Source: Desulfosudaceae bacterium
Lineage (GTDB): Bacteria; Desulfobacterota; Desulfobacteria; Desulfobacterales; Desulfosudaceae
Length of the DNA: 64,000 bases
Assembly (NCBI GenBank): GCA_963674745.2
Contig: CAXXDV010000003.1
Coordinates: 448,001-512,000, forward strand
Direction: 5' to 3'
The position numbers and the translations under genes were made by a program. Positions 39,395 to 48,862 of this stretch are shown here, one piece after another. Numbering within the stretch: the first letter of the stretch is position 1; every line of letters starts with the position of its first letter. The notes below the pieces were generated by a model, which ran no database searches, was not told the origin of the DNA, and saw only the letters and a program-made list of their open reading frames with translations.

Positions 39395-39991
39395 ATGAAA
39401 AAAGAAGATCTTGTTGCTTTTGAAGAGCGGATTAAAACCCTTTTTGAAGCCGGTCATATCAGAGCGCCTGTTCATTTGTCAGGTGGCAACGAAGCGGCCC
39501 TGATCGACATTTTCAAAAAGTATCAGCCGGGAGACTGGATTTTTTCCACCTGGCGCAACCATTACCACTGGCTGCTGTCCGGCAGGGATCCGCAGGAACT
39601 GGAAAGGCAGATCCTGGCCGGTGATTCCATGTCGGTTTTTGATGATCGGTTTTTCACCTCGTCCATCGTCGGGGGAAACGCGCCCATCGCGCTGGGTGTC
39701 GCCCTGGCACTCAAGCTGAAGAAAGAGCGGGCTGCGGTTGATCCTCCGGCTTGCATGGTCTGGTGTTTTATCGGCGATATGGCCGCGTCCGGCGGCCTGG
39801 CGCAAGAGTGCGTTCAATATGCAGAAGGTCATAACCTGCCGGTTACATATATTATTGAAGACAACGGATTTTCAGTGACAACCGATACCCGGGAGGTGTG
39901 GGGCACCGGGAAAACAGTCAAAATCCGTCGTTATGAATACGACCGCCAATATCCCCATGCCGGTACAGGAAAATTTGTGGATTTTGATTGA
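39395..39991 (+). CDS. Short ThDP-dependent E1-alpha-like subunit
   Basis: PVHLSGGNE, STWRNHYH, SSIVGG, IGDM...IIEDNGFS. Confidence 0.85.
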   Translation: MKKEDLVAFEERIKTLFEAGHIRAPVHLSGGNEAALIDIFKKYQPGDWIFSTWRNHYHWLLSGRDPQELERQILAGDSMSVFDDRFFTSSIVGGNAPIALGVALALKLKKERAAVDPPACMVWCFIGDMAASGGLAQECVQYAEGHNLPVTYIIEDNGFSVTTDTREVWGTGKTVKIRRYEYDRQYPHAGTGKFVDFD

Positions 39992-39997
39992 GAACCC

Positions 39998-40516
39998 ATG
40001 ACTTATAAAGATTACATTACCCGGGAAATGAACACGCTGGCCGAAAACCCGGATGTGTTTTTTCTGGGCCAGCAGGTGGGAGAGGGTGATTTTTACGGCA
40101 CCCTGAAAGATATTCCTACGGACAGGCGTATCGAGATGCCGGTGGCCGAAGAAATGCAGATGGGCATGAGCATCGGCATGTCTCTGGAAGGTTTATTGCC
40201 GGTGTCCATTTTCCAGCGCATGGATTTTCTGCCCCGGGCCATGGACCAGATCGTGAATCATCTGAACGTTATATCGCAAATGTCCAGGGGAAAATTCTCG
40301 CCCAGGGTGATTATCCGTACGACCATCGGCGGCACTGAACCTTTGCACCCGGGGTTGCAGCACGCCAAGGACCTGATTAAAGGCTTTCAGGCCATGGTGG
40401 ATTTTCCGGTCCTGGATCTGAAAACCAAAGAAGATATTGTGGACGGCTACAAACTGGCACGGGAAGAACCCCGTTCCATCATGCTGGTTGAACGGCAGGA
40501 TTTGTATCACTCATAG
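39998..40516 (+). CDS. Short E1-beta/transketolase pyrimidine-binding subunit
   Basis: FFLGQ, IEMPVAEEMQMG, DFL..AMDQIVNH, GLQH. Confidence 0.85.
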   Translation: MTYKDYITREMNTLAENPDVFFLGQQVGEGDFYGTLKDIPTDRRIEMPVAEEMQMGMSIGMSLEGLLPVSIFQRMDFLPRAMDQIVNHLNVISQMSRGKFSPRVIIRTTIGGTEPLHPGLQHAKDLIKGFQAMVDFPVLDLKTKEDIVDGYKLAREEPRSIMLVERQDLYHS

Positions 40517-40765
40517 GATTCAAGGATTCAAGGGGTCAAGGGGTGGTTATGGGGACGTTCGCGAATGTTGTAGGGGCACGGCGTGCCGTGCCCTTTTGTC
40601 AAGGTTCGGGGTTGGTGGAGGATGTTGTAGGGGCGGCCCCCTGTGGCCGCCCGGTGAAGGGCACCCACAGGGGGGTGCCCCTACGGGTGCCACGGGCGAA
40701 GCGACAGCTTGCCCGTGATACGTTGACCCGGATCCAGTAGGGACGACCGGCGGGTCGCCCCTACA
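40517..40765. repeat. Repeat cluster: octamers plus several GTAG REPs
   Basis: gattcaaggattcaaggggtcaagggg; gtaggggcacggcgtgccgtgccct; gtaggggcggccc..gcccctac; gtagggacgaccggcgggtcgcccctac. Confidence 0.85.
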
Positions 40766-40789
40766 TACTGAAACGAAACAGACATCATC

Positions 40790-42274
40790 ATGGCAACCAG
40801 AACCGACCTCATTCTCGTTAATCCCGGCAATCAAAAACAGACTTACGGCAGTCTGGGCAATGACCTGGCCGGAATCGAACCTCCGTTGCTGATCGCGCTT
40901 CTGGCGGCCTATCTGCGTCAATACGGCTTTACCGTTCAAATCATTGATGCCGAAGCAGAAGGGCTTGATGCCGAGCAGACCGCCGACAGGATAGCTGCTT
41001 CTGCACCACTGGTAGTGGGTGTCGGCGCCATGGGGGCCAATCCCTCGGCCTCGTCAACCCCTAAAATGGCCGCCATCCGGCCGTTGTTGAATCATATCAA
41101 AGAAAAAAATCTGTCCTGCAAAACCTTTCTGTTCGGTATCCATCCTTCGGCCCTGCCCGAACAGAGTCTCTGGGAAGAGGCGGTTGATTTTGTCGTGCGT
41201 GGAGAAACCTTTTATCCTGTTGAACAGTTGCTTCATCTGGTCCGGTCAGGTGGTGAACTTTCTAATATTAAAGGACTTTGTTATTTACAGGACGGCAGGT
41301 TCATTAACCATGGCCGGGCGGATCTGGTTAAAAATCTGGATGACCTGCCTTCTGCCGCCTGGGACCTGCTGCCCATGGAAAAATACCGGGCCCATAACTG
41401 GCACTGCCTGGATGACCTTGGCCATCGTTCACCCTATGCCGTTATCCATACCGGCCTGGGGTGCCCGTTTAACTGTCATTACTGCAATATCCACGCATTG
41501 TACGACGGAAAACCGGGTATCCGGCTTAGAAGCCCGCAGCGGGTTGTGGCGGATATCGATCTGCTCTATCAACAATACCATGTCCGCCATATCAAAATCA
41601 TGGACGAGCTTTTTGTCATCAACAAAGACCGCTTGCTGGAAATCTGCGACCTGTTGATCAAACGTGACTACGAACTTAACCTCTGGGCCTATGCCCGGGT
41701 TGACACGGTATTTTTGCCCGTTTTAAACAGGCTGAAGCAGGCCGGCGTCAACTGGCTGGCCCTTGGCATTGAAGCCGGAGATCAGAAGGTACGAGAGGGG
41801 GTGGCCAAGGGGCGGTTTGACCGGCAAACCATCGAACAGGCCGTTTCCATGTGCCACGAAGCCGGGATTCATGTGCTGGGAAATTTCATGTTCGGCCTGC
41901 CCGACGATGATATGGAAACCATGCAGGAGACACTGGCACTGGCTCAGAGCCTGAAATGCGAGTACGTCAACTTTTATACTACCATGGCCTACCCGGGGTC
42001 GGCGCTCTATGAGGATGCTGTAAAACAGGGGTGGGCGCTTCCGCAAAGTTGGGAAGGGTATGCCCAGTTTTCCCCGGAAACCCTGCCGTTGCCCACAAAA
42101 CACCTGACGGCAGCCCAGGTATTGGCCTTCCGGGACAAGGCCTTTGAAACGTATTTCAACGATACCGGTTATCTTGGCAGGATCAAAAAAAAGTTCGGTC
42201 CGGAAGCCGTGACCCACATCAGGCAGATGCTGACGCATAAACTGCGACGGAATATTTTATCCCCGGAATCATAG
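40790..42274 (+). CDS. B12-binding radical SAM protein
   Basis: IEPPL, GIHPSALP, LGCPFNCHYC, MDELF, WAYARVD, GLPDD, YPGS. Confidence 0.92.
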   Translation: MATRTDLILVNPGNQKQTYGSLGNDLAGIEPPLLIALLAAYLRQYGFTVQIIDAEAEGLDAEQTADRIAASAPLVVGVGAMGANPSASSTPKMAAIRPLLNHIKEKNLSCKTFLFGIHPSALPEQSLWEEAVDFVVRGETFYPVEQLLHLVRSGGELSNIKGLCYLQDGRFINHGRADLVKNLDDLPSAAWDLLPMEKYRAHNWHCLDDLGHRSPYAVIHTGLGCPFNCHYCNIHALYDGKPGIRLRSPQRVVADIDLLYQQYHVRHIKIMDELFVINKDRLLEICDLLIKRDYELNLWAYARVDTVFLPVLNRLKQAGVNWLALGIEAGDQKVREGVAKGRFDRQTIEQAVSMCHEAGIHVLGNFMFGLPDDDMETMQETLALAQSLKCEYVNFYTTMAYPGSALYEDAVKQGWALPQSWEGYAQFSPETLPLPTKHLTAAQVLAFRDKAFETYFNDTGYLGRIKKKFGPEAVTHIRQMLTHKLRRNILSPES

Positions 42275-42288
42275 AAGGAATATTCGGG

Positions 42289-42996
42289 TCAGCGCCACAC
42301 AAAAAACTCCCGTATAAACTGAAAATAATAAGCCGCACCCCAGCGCCAGATTTGCAGTTTCCGTTCACCACCGATGCGGGGCGGCTCATCTCCCGGTATT
42401 TCGGTTATTTTAAGTTTGCGCTTGGCCGCCCGTACCGATAGCAGCGGTTCGGTTCCGATGCGTGTAAAAAACAGCTTTTCCGCAAGAATGAAGCCCTCGT
42501 CCTTATCCAGCTCAAGATTATAAAAAACACGGGTTTTGTACGCCCGGTAGATGACCATGCAGTCCGTGTACCGGCCGCCATGCAGAATGTTGACGGTCCT
42601 GGTGAAAAGCCAGTTGCCGAAGCCGGTCAGAAAATCGTCGTCAGCACTTTTGGCATTCCCCAGATATCGGGATGCAATCACCATGTCATACCCTTCTTCC
42701 ATTTTGGCGATCAGGCCGGGAATCAGTTCCGGGATCGAGTTGCCGTCCGGACTGAAAGTGATAACAATATCCCCTGTGACATGAGGAAAAGCCTCGTTGT
42801 AGGCATGCCTCAGTCCCGGACGACTCTGTTTGATCAGAACCCACCCGTTTTCCTGCGTGTATTCGATGGTGCCGTCAGTCGAGCCGCCGTCAACAATGAT
42901 AATCTGATCACACCATTCTTTTTTAATGCGCGGCATGATGGCCTTCATGCCGGTTATTTCATTCAGGGTCGGGATTAAAAGTGTGACAGTCATCAT
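42289..42996 (-). CDS. GT2 glycosyltransferase (polyprenyl-phosphate sugar synthase-like)
   Basis: IPTLNE, VDGGSTDGT, FSPDGNS, DMVIASRY, EIPGDEPPRIGGERK. Confidence 0.88.
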   Translation of the reverse strand: MMTVTLLIPTLNEITGMKAIMPRIKKEWCDQIIIVDGGSTDGTIEYTQENGWVLIKQSRPGLRHAYNEAFPHVTGDIVITFSPDGNSIPELIPGLIAKMEEGYDMVIASRYLGNAKSADDDFLTGFGNWLFTRTVNILHGGRYTDCMVIYRAYKTRVFYNLELDKDEGFILAEKLFFTRIGTEPLLSVRAAKRKLKITEIPGDEPPRIGGERKLQIWRWGAAYYFQFIREFFVWR

Positions 42997-43017
42997 CGGT
43001 CCAGTTTTCCGGTCTTT

Positions 43018-43477
43018 TTAGCGCACCATGCCAGTAATTTTTTTCAACAGGGTTCCCTTATCTATCCCGTAGTGGCGGGGGATAACTTCCCTGCCGCCGT
43101 ATTTGTAGCAATATCCCTTATCCATGGCAAGCCCCATGCGATGGACCGGTACATCGGATTGAAGATGAACGCCGAATTTTCCCCCACGTTGGGCAAAACG
43201 GTCATTCTCTTTTTTGTCAAAGAATCCCAGGTCCCCAAGAATCGCGTATAAAGCCGGGCTGACCTGGGCATGACTGATCAAAAACCGGTCGCGCTCCTCC
43301 CACTCAGGATTTTCAGGGTCGAAGCGAAGAAAACCGCCATAATAAAGCGCAACCAGAATATCTATACTGGACAGGGAAGAGGTCACCATGCCCGGTGCCG
43401 GCTTTGATGCACATTTCGAGCATCTCTTGCCGGATTTAAAAGGTTTTATTCTTCAGCTCTTGAATAATGTGGGTCAT
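43018..43477 (-). pseudogene. Transketolase pseudogene (stop, frameshift and large internal deletion)
   Basis: ATG 43477 with GAGG RBS: MTHIIQELKNKTF*IRQEMLEMCIKAGTGH, +1 shift, then VTSSLS..ERDRFLISHAQ..HLQSDVP joined to a short tail resembling a transketolase C-terminus. Confidence 0.8.
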
Positions 43478-43817
43478 GCTTTCCTCTCTGTCGGCTGTTA
43501 GGAAACAATAATGCGAATTATGTTTTCAGCCTATATAAAATTTATTCTAAATGCCATAAAATGATTTAATTTTCCATATACTTTATGACCTTTGGACCGA
43601 TTTCGGGATGAACCAGCAACGATAACCATAATATGCCGAATCATTTTTGACTGGCAGTCGGAGCAAATTGCGGATTTGTTTTTGAATGCCGACAGTAGGC
43701 TAAAATTATTGACATGATTTTTGTTTTTTTTCGATACCTATGCTAATCACAGTTAATGCGCCTAAGATAATTCTGAAAACATTTTGACCTCGAAGAAGCT
43801 GACTAGGATAGTACCCG

Positions 43818-45863
43818 GTGATGATTTTGGACCAAAACAAGATTAGCGAAAGTGTAACTGTTATTATTCCTGCATATAATTCAGCCTTATCACTTCCTTC
43901 CTGTCTGGAATCCGTTTTGAACCAGTCCTGCCCACCTGTGGAAATTGTGGTTGTTGATGACGGCTCTACTGATGAGACGGGTGAACTCCTGTCTAAATAT
44001 CCGGTTAAACAGTTGCGTTTACCGCGCCGGATGGGTGCTGCCTATGCCAGAGTTGCGGGTGCCAGGGCGGCAAAAGGTTCAATCCTTGCTTTTCTGGATG
44101 CAGACTGTATCGCCGGTCCGGACTGGCTCCGTGATTTGGTCGGTGCAATGTCAGCGGATGTGGCCGGAGTCGGCGGCGGGTATCGGTTTGAAAATGGTCA
44201 TAACCTGTTTGAAACATTTATCTCCAGGCTGGCCAGGGACTGGTTTTCCCAAAAACAGCCGGAAGGACGCGCGATTCTTATCGGGGGTAATGCCGCCTTT
44301 CGGAAAGAGGTTTTCCTGGGCAGGCAATATTTCTGGGAACTATCCCATCGGCGGCATTTTGCCAGCGGGGATGATACGCTTTTATGTCTGGAGATTCTGG
44401 AGAAACACAAATTAGACTATTTGCCGGGTTCGCCGGTCACGCATCAATCCTATGGAACAGCAGGCTTCTTCCGACGACAGATAAGGTGGGCTAAGAGTCG
44501 GACATCACTTTTTTTGAAACCGCCGGTTAAACAACGAACGAATCTGGCTTCAGGTCCCATTATCAATCTTTTATCCCAGATATTAAGCATCGGGTTCGTC
44601 GTTTTATCGAGCGTGCTTGCTTTATCTGCCCCTTTTTCAGTTTTAGGGCTTCCTTTATTTGTATTATCAGTATTACTGTTTTTTTTCAGCCATTTGAATC
44701 CGTTGAGTGTGCTTACTGAACAACGACGATTTACGCTGTTTTGGATACCCGCGGCCTTTTTTTTATGGCTCAGAGGTTTATGCTATATCATGGGGATTGC
44801 CGGTGCTTTTTTTGCTGAAATGGTCAATGCTGCTGGTATATTAGTTGACAAGCTGGTATTCGCCCGCGACTTTTTTGATCCAAAAAGGCTTTTCAAAATA
44901 TATGTATTTGTAACCAATCGCTGTAACCAGCGATGTGACTTCTGCTTTTATCGCAATAAGTTAACCAGCCAAAATGATCAAGATACGCTGATGTTGAATG
45001 ACTATCAGAAAATATCAGATAATTTACCAACAATTCCCTATTTGACACTCACCGGTGGAGAACCTTTTCTAAGGAACGATCTGGATCAAATCGCCTTGAG
45101 GTTTTATAAAAAAAATCGAGTCCGTTATTTGGTAATTCCTACCAACGGGACGTTGCCCCGGGCAACCGAAGACATAATTGAAAGACTGTTGATCGATGCA
45201 CCCCATTTGAATCTTACGGTACAGGTTTCCTTGAATGGACTGGAAGACTACTTTTTTAACGGTAAAAATTCGGAAGAGACCGCCGTTGTTTTTGATACGT
45301 GGGATCGTCTGTACCGACTGCAGAAAAGGTTTCGTAATCTGAAAAGGAATCTCTCGCTGGTTATTACCCAGGACAACAGCGACGTGTTGGAACAGCTCGT
45401 GGAAAAAATATCAGTAGACCTGAAACCGGATCATTTTTTTATTACGCCTCAGAGATCGGGACCTGGAGTGGTTTCTCTTCCCCATATCACAACGGAAAGG
45501 TTTGTGAGCGTTCTTCAGAAAATGCAAATGTCCGATAAGCCCACTTTTTTTGATCATATTTATCGCTTTGTATACAAAACGGTAGAGCGTCATTTCGTCA
45601 ATGTTTATCGAACCGGTAAAATGCCTGCGCCCTGCCTGGCGGGGAAAAAGTTTCTGGTTATCGACCCCGAAGGAGAGGTTAAACTTTGTGAATTAAGAGA
45701 TGATAAGATCGAAAATGTTCTTGATCATAAATGGAAGAACATAGCATCGATGGGACAATTCACAACAGTCTTGAACAGCGTCTATCATGAAAATTGCGTC
45801 TGCACCTGGGGGTGCGCCATTGTTTCCAATACGATTCATCGCTTTTCAGTATTGAATTCTTAA
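43818..45863 (+). CDS. GT2 glycosyltransferase - TM - radical SAM/SPASM-twitch fusion
   Basis: IIPAYN, VVDDGSTD, FLDAD, GDD, RRQIRWA; about 3 TM; TNRCNQRCDFC, TGGEPFLR; PCLAG..IDPEGEVKLC..CVCTWGC. Confidence 0.85.
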   Translation: MMILDQNKISESVTVIIPAYNSALSLPSCLESVLNQSCPPVEIVVVDDGSTDETGELLSKYPVKQLRLPRRMGAAYARVAGARAAKGSILAFLDADCIAGPDWLRDLVGAMSADVAGVGGGYRFENGHNLFETFISRLARDWFSQKQPEGRAILIGGNAAFRKEVFLGRQYFWELSHRRHFASGDDTLLCLEILEKHKLDYLPGSPVTHQSYGTAGFFRRQIRWAKSRTSLFLKPPVKQRTNLASGPIINLLSQILSIGFVVLSSVLALSAPFSVLGLPLFVLSVLLFFFSHLNPLSVLTEQRRFTLFWIPAAFFLWLRGLCYIMGIAGAFFAEMVNAAGILVDKLVFARDFFDPKRLFKIYVFVTNRCNQRCDFCFYRNKLTSQNDQDTLMLNDYQKISDNLPTIPYLTLTGGEPFLRNDLDQIALRFYKKNRVRYLVIPTNGTLPRATEDIIERLLIDAPHLNLTVQVSLNGLEDYFFNGKNSEETAVVFDTWDRLYRLQKRFRNLKRNLSLVITQDNSDVLEQLVEKISVDLKPDHFFITPQRSGPGVVSLPHITTERFVSVLQKMQMSDKPTFFDHIYRFVYKTVERHFVNVYRTGKMPAPCLAGKKFLVIDPEGEVKLCELRDDKIENVLDHKWKNIASMGQFTTVLNSVYHENCVCTWGCAIVSNTIHRFSVLNS

Positions 45864-46022
45864 TATTGAAAACTTATCGACACTCGTGAAATACAGGGGG
45901 TATTTTGTTGTTTTTGATTGCCTTATAATATATTTTTAACTGTTTTGTGTTGAAAATCGGGCTTTAATACCTGTAATTTTAATTTTTTAAATTGGTCACA
46001 GCTGACAGATAAAGAATAGAAA

Positions 46023-47300
46023 ATGATACTTTACATTCATCCTGACGCCAAAATGATCCTTCCTGATATTATCCCCATGTCTTTGCCAGGGCTCATAAAC
46101 CGTCTGGAGGCGCCTGTTTCGGGACGTTTTTATAATGAATGGACAAAAGCGGAAGTTAAAAAATCGGACATCATTATTATGGACATCCACTGGTATACGA
46201 CGATTAAAAGCGCCATCCGGTTGTCGTTCAAGCTGAAGGCTGTCAATCCTGAAGTCGTCATCATTGCCGGCGGACTGTCGGCTTCAGTGTTTGCCCGGCA
46301 AATATTAAAAGATTCACGAATCGACTATATTATTCGTGGAGACGGAGAAATCCCGCTGAACATGCTTGTCGATAAGTTGTTAAAAAGCGATGATGTCTCC
46401 AACGTCCCTAATCTTGTAACCAGGCAGTTTGAATCCAGTGAAAATTATTTTTTAAACAATAATGATTTTGATGATTCAAATTTCAGGGATATCGGTTTTT
46501 TTCCGAGCCTGCAGGAAAGGATATTCAAGCTTCATAATAGCTGTCATGACTGGTTTTATCCGGTTTATCCGACCCTGCTCGTTATGAGAGGATGCCCTTT
46601 TAAGTGCAATAATTGTTATGGCTCTCCGGATTACCAGAAAACGATTTTCAGTCGAAACTGGCTTTTGAGATCTGCGGAAAAAGTTAAAGATGATCTTGCT
46701 TATTGGAGTGATTCCAGAGATATTCATTTCTTAAATGTCTTTCATGATTTTATTGCCGCATTGCCTGAAGATTATGCTGATGTCGTTCTAGATCGGGGGT
46801 ACGATTTGAACATATCATGGGACTTTGTAGATGTCCCCTCCAGAGAGGGCTTGATGAGATTGATGGACTCTTTCAACGGTGGGTTGATTCAGTTCTCTCT
46901 TGATCGCAAGCATTGTACCTCTATCGAGTTGCACGATCTGGATACCCTTATTGATCGAATACAACAGGTAAAATCAAACCGGAAATATAAATGCCGTTTA
47001 TGTTATGCGCATCGATTTGTCCAGGATCATGAGTCGTATGCAAAAGCATTGCGCAGGGTCGTAAAGTCTACAGGCTGCCTTTTGTATAGAGCAGACTTCT
47101 GGTGGGATGAGGATTTGGCTCCGGATGTTGACGGCACCTGCACTGATGAGCAATACAGAAAATGCATTTCCGGTACCAATAAATTTGTTATGTACAATAC
47201 CATTTTTAAAGCCGGGGTGGCGGTACACAGACGTTTTCCCCGTGTGGCGGAATCAATGGCACATATGCTCAATCGCCGGTTTGTTCAGGCAGTCACCTGA
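46023..47300 (+). CDS. Divergent B12-binding radical SAM protein
   Basis: MDIHWY, IIAGGLSAS, IRGDGE, RGCPFKCNNC. Confidence 0.75.
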   Translation: MILYIHPDAKMILPDIIPMSLPGLINRLEAPVSGRFYNEWTKAEVKKSDIIIMDIHWYTTIKSAIRLSFKLKAVNPEVVIIAGGLSASVFARQILKDSRIDYIIRGDGEIPLNMLVDKLLKSDDVSNVPNLVTRQFESSENYFLNNNDFDDSNFRDIGFFPSLQERIFKLHNSCHDWFYPVYPTLLVMRGCPFKCNNCYGSPDYQKTIFSRNWLLRSAEKVKDDLAYWSDSRDIHFLNVFHDFIAALPEDYADVVLDRGYDLNISWDFVDVPSREGLMRLMDSFNGGLIQFSLDRKHCTSIELHDLDTLIDRIQQVKSNRKYKCRLCYAHRFVQDHESYAKALRRVVKSTGCLLYRADFWWDEDLAPDVDGTCTDEQYRKCISGTNKFVMYNTIFKAGVAVHRRFPRVAESMAHMLNRRFVQAVT

Positions 47301-47410
47301 CAGGTATCATTTTATCCTGTCGATTTATTGTGGCTGGCCGGTCATTTCAGAAAAAAGATTGCCTTGATGTATTTATAAACCATCAACTTTTTTAGTCGCA
47401 AACCGGTAAA

Positions 47411-48829
47411 ATGCCCGATAAAGAAAAACCACGCAAACGGATTTTACTGGTTTACGTCAGCAGGTATTCCTCTGGTAAGCTATCAATGCCTGTTTATCAA
47501 TTATCTTCCTATCCGCAACTCGGACTGCTGTATCTTGCCTCGGTTTTACGAAACGAAGGGTTTCAGCCCGAATATCTTGACCCTGTTTCGACGCCCCTGA
47601 ATCGGAGTGCCTTTTTAAAAGCCATTTCGCGCGATGATGTTCTGTTCGTTGGTTTTTACAGCAATTTTGCATTAAAAGAGGCCGTCTGCAGGTTTATTGG
47701 CATTGTTAAAGACATAAAAAATATTCCTGTGCTGGTGGGCGGCCCGGGATTCTATGATGCGGGATCATACTTTAATGCTGGTGCAGATGCGGTCGTAGCC
47801 GGTGAGGCGGATGACATTATCGGTTCAATCGCCAGGAGAATAGAGGCGGGCCGTTCCCTGAGGGGCATAGCCGGTGTTACGCTTCCGGAAATATTTCCGT
47901 TAACCTTGTCCGCACCGGTTTTTCCGAATTCAGATATAAATGACTTGCCCCGGCCGGACTGGCGCCAGTCGGATCCGCGAAATTGTTTCTGCCCGACCAT
48001 GGTTTTTGGCCGGCATCCTTTTGCAACTGTTATGGCTTCCCGCGGTTGCCCGATGGCCTGCGCTTTCTGCTGGATGGCCAACAGAAAATGGAAGACGCCC
48101 TGGCGGATTCGTTCAGCAGAAGATGTCGTAATGGAAATCGTTGAGTTGCATCGACGTTTTGGTGTCAGGCATATCAGTTTCCAGGATGATTGTTTCGGTG
48201 CAAGGCTGTCCTGGGTCGATGACCTTTGTGAAAGGTTACTTCAATCTTCACTGGATATCACGTGGGATTGTTATGGGCACCCGCTTGTTTTCTCGAAAAT
48301 GAATAATAATTTTTTGAAAAAAATCCGAAAATCAGGTTGCCGGAGTGTTCATTTCGGCCTGCAATCAGCTTCACCTTCCGTCCTGAAAAAAATTAATCGA
48401 AGCCCGGACGAAGCGGATATTTTAATACGGCTTTTCCCGCTGATGAAAAAATTGGGATATTACCTGATACTTGATTTTATATATGGGCTTCCGGGTGATA
48501 CCCGGCAGAGCCTGGCTGCAAATTTTAATTATGCTCTAAAAGCGGGGCCCCACAGAATTTCGATAGCCCCGCTTCTGGTTTTTCCGGGGACAGGCCTTTA
48601 TGAAGTGTATAAAGAAAACCCGCCTTCCTCGGTTTCCAATGAAGAGATACGCAATGCGATTGTTCAAGGCATGAAAAGATATCATTTAAGACCCGGAATT
48701 GTTTTCGAGAATGTGCGTTTTGCATTGAAATACAATCCGGATTTTATCATTAGACTCTTGGCCTCGGCGCCGGGTTGGTTCGGATATTTTGCCAGGCTCA
48801 ACGAGTTTTACAAGTCTATAGATGAGTGA
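47411..48829 (+). CDS. B12-binding radical SAM protein
   Basis: PQLGLLYLA, VGGP, GEAD, SRGCPMACAFC, FQDDCF, GLPGDT, FPGT. Confidence 0.9.
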   Translation: MPDKEKPRKRILLVYVSRYSSGKLSMPVYQLSSYPQLGLLYLASVLRNEGFQPEYLDPVSTPLNRSAFLKAISRDDVLFVGFYSNFALKEAVCRFIGIVKDIKNIPVLVGGPGFYDAGSYFNAGADAVVAGEADDIIGSIARRIEAGRSLRGIAGVTLPEIFPLTLSAPVFPNSDINDLPRPDWRQSDPRNCFCPTMVFGRHPFATVMASRGCPMACAFCWMANRKWKTPWRIRSAEDVVMEIVELHRRFGVRHISFQDDCFGARLSWVDDLCERLLQSSLDITWDCYGHPLVFSKMNNNFLKKIRKSGCRSVHFGLQSASPSVLKKINRSPDEADILIRLFPLMKKLGYYLILDFIYGLPGDTRQSLAANFNYALKAGPHRISIAPLLVFPGTGLYEVYKENPPSSVSNEEIRNAIVQGMKRYHLRPGIVFENVRFALKYNPDFIIRLLASAPGWFGYFARLNEFYKSIDE

Positions 48830-48862
48830 TCGAAAAACAGCAGTTACCCGGGGTGAGGAAGA

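Noticed and set aside
39395..40516. Pyruvate dehydrogenase pdhA/pdhB
   Set aside because: Subunits are too short, there is no E2/E3, and the context is a sugar locus
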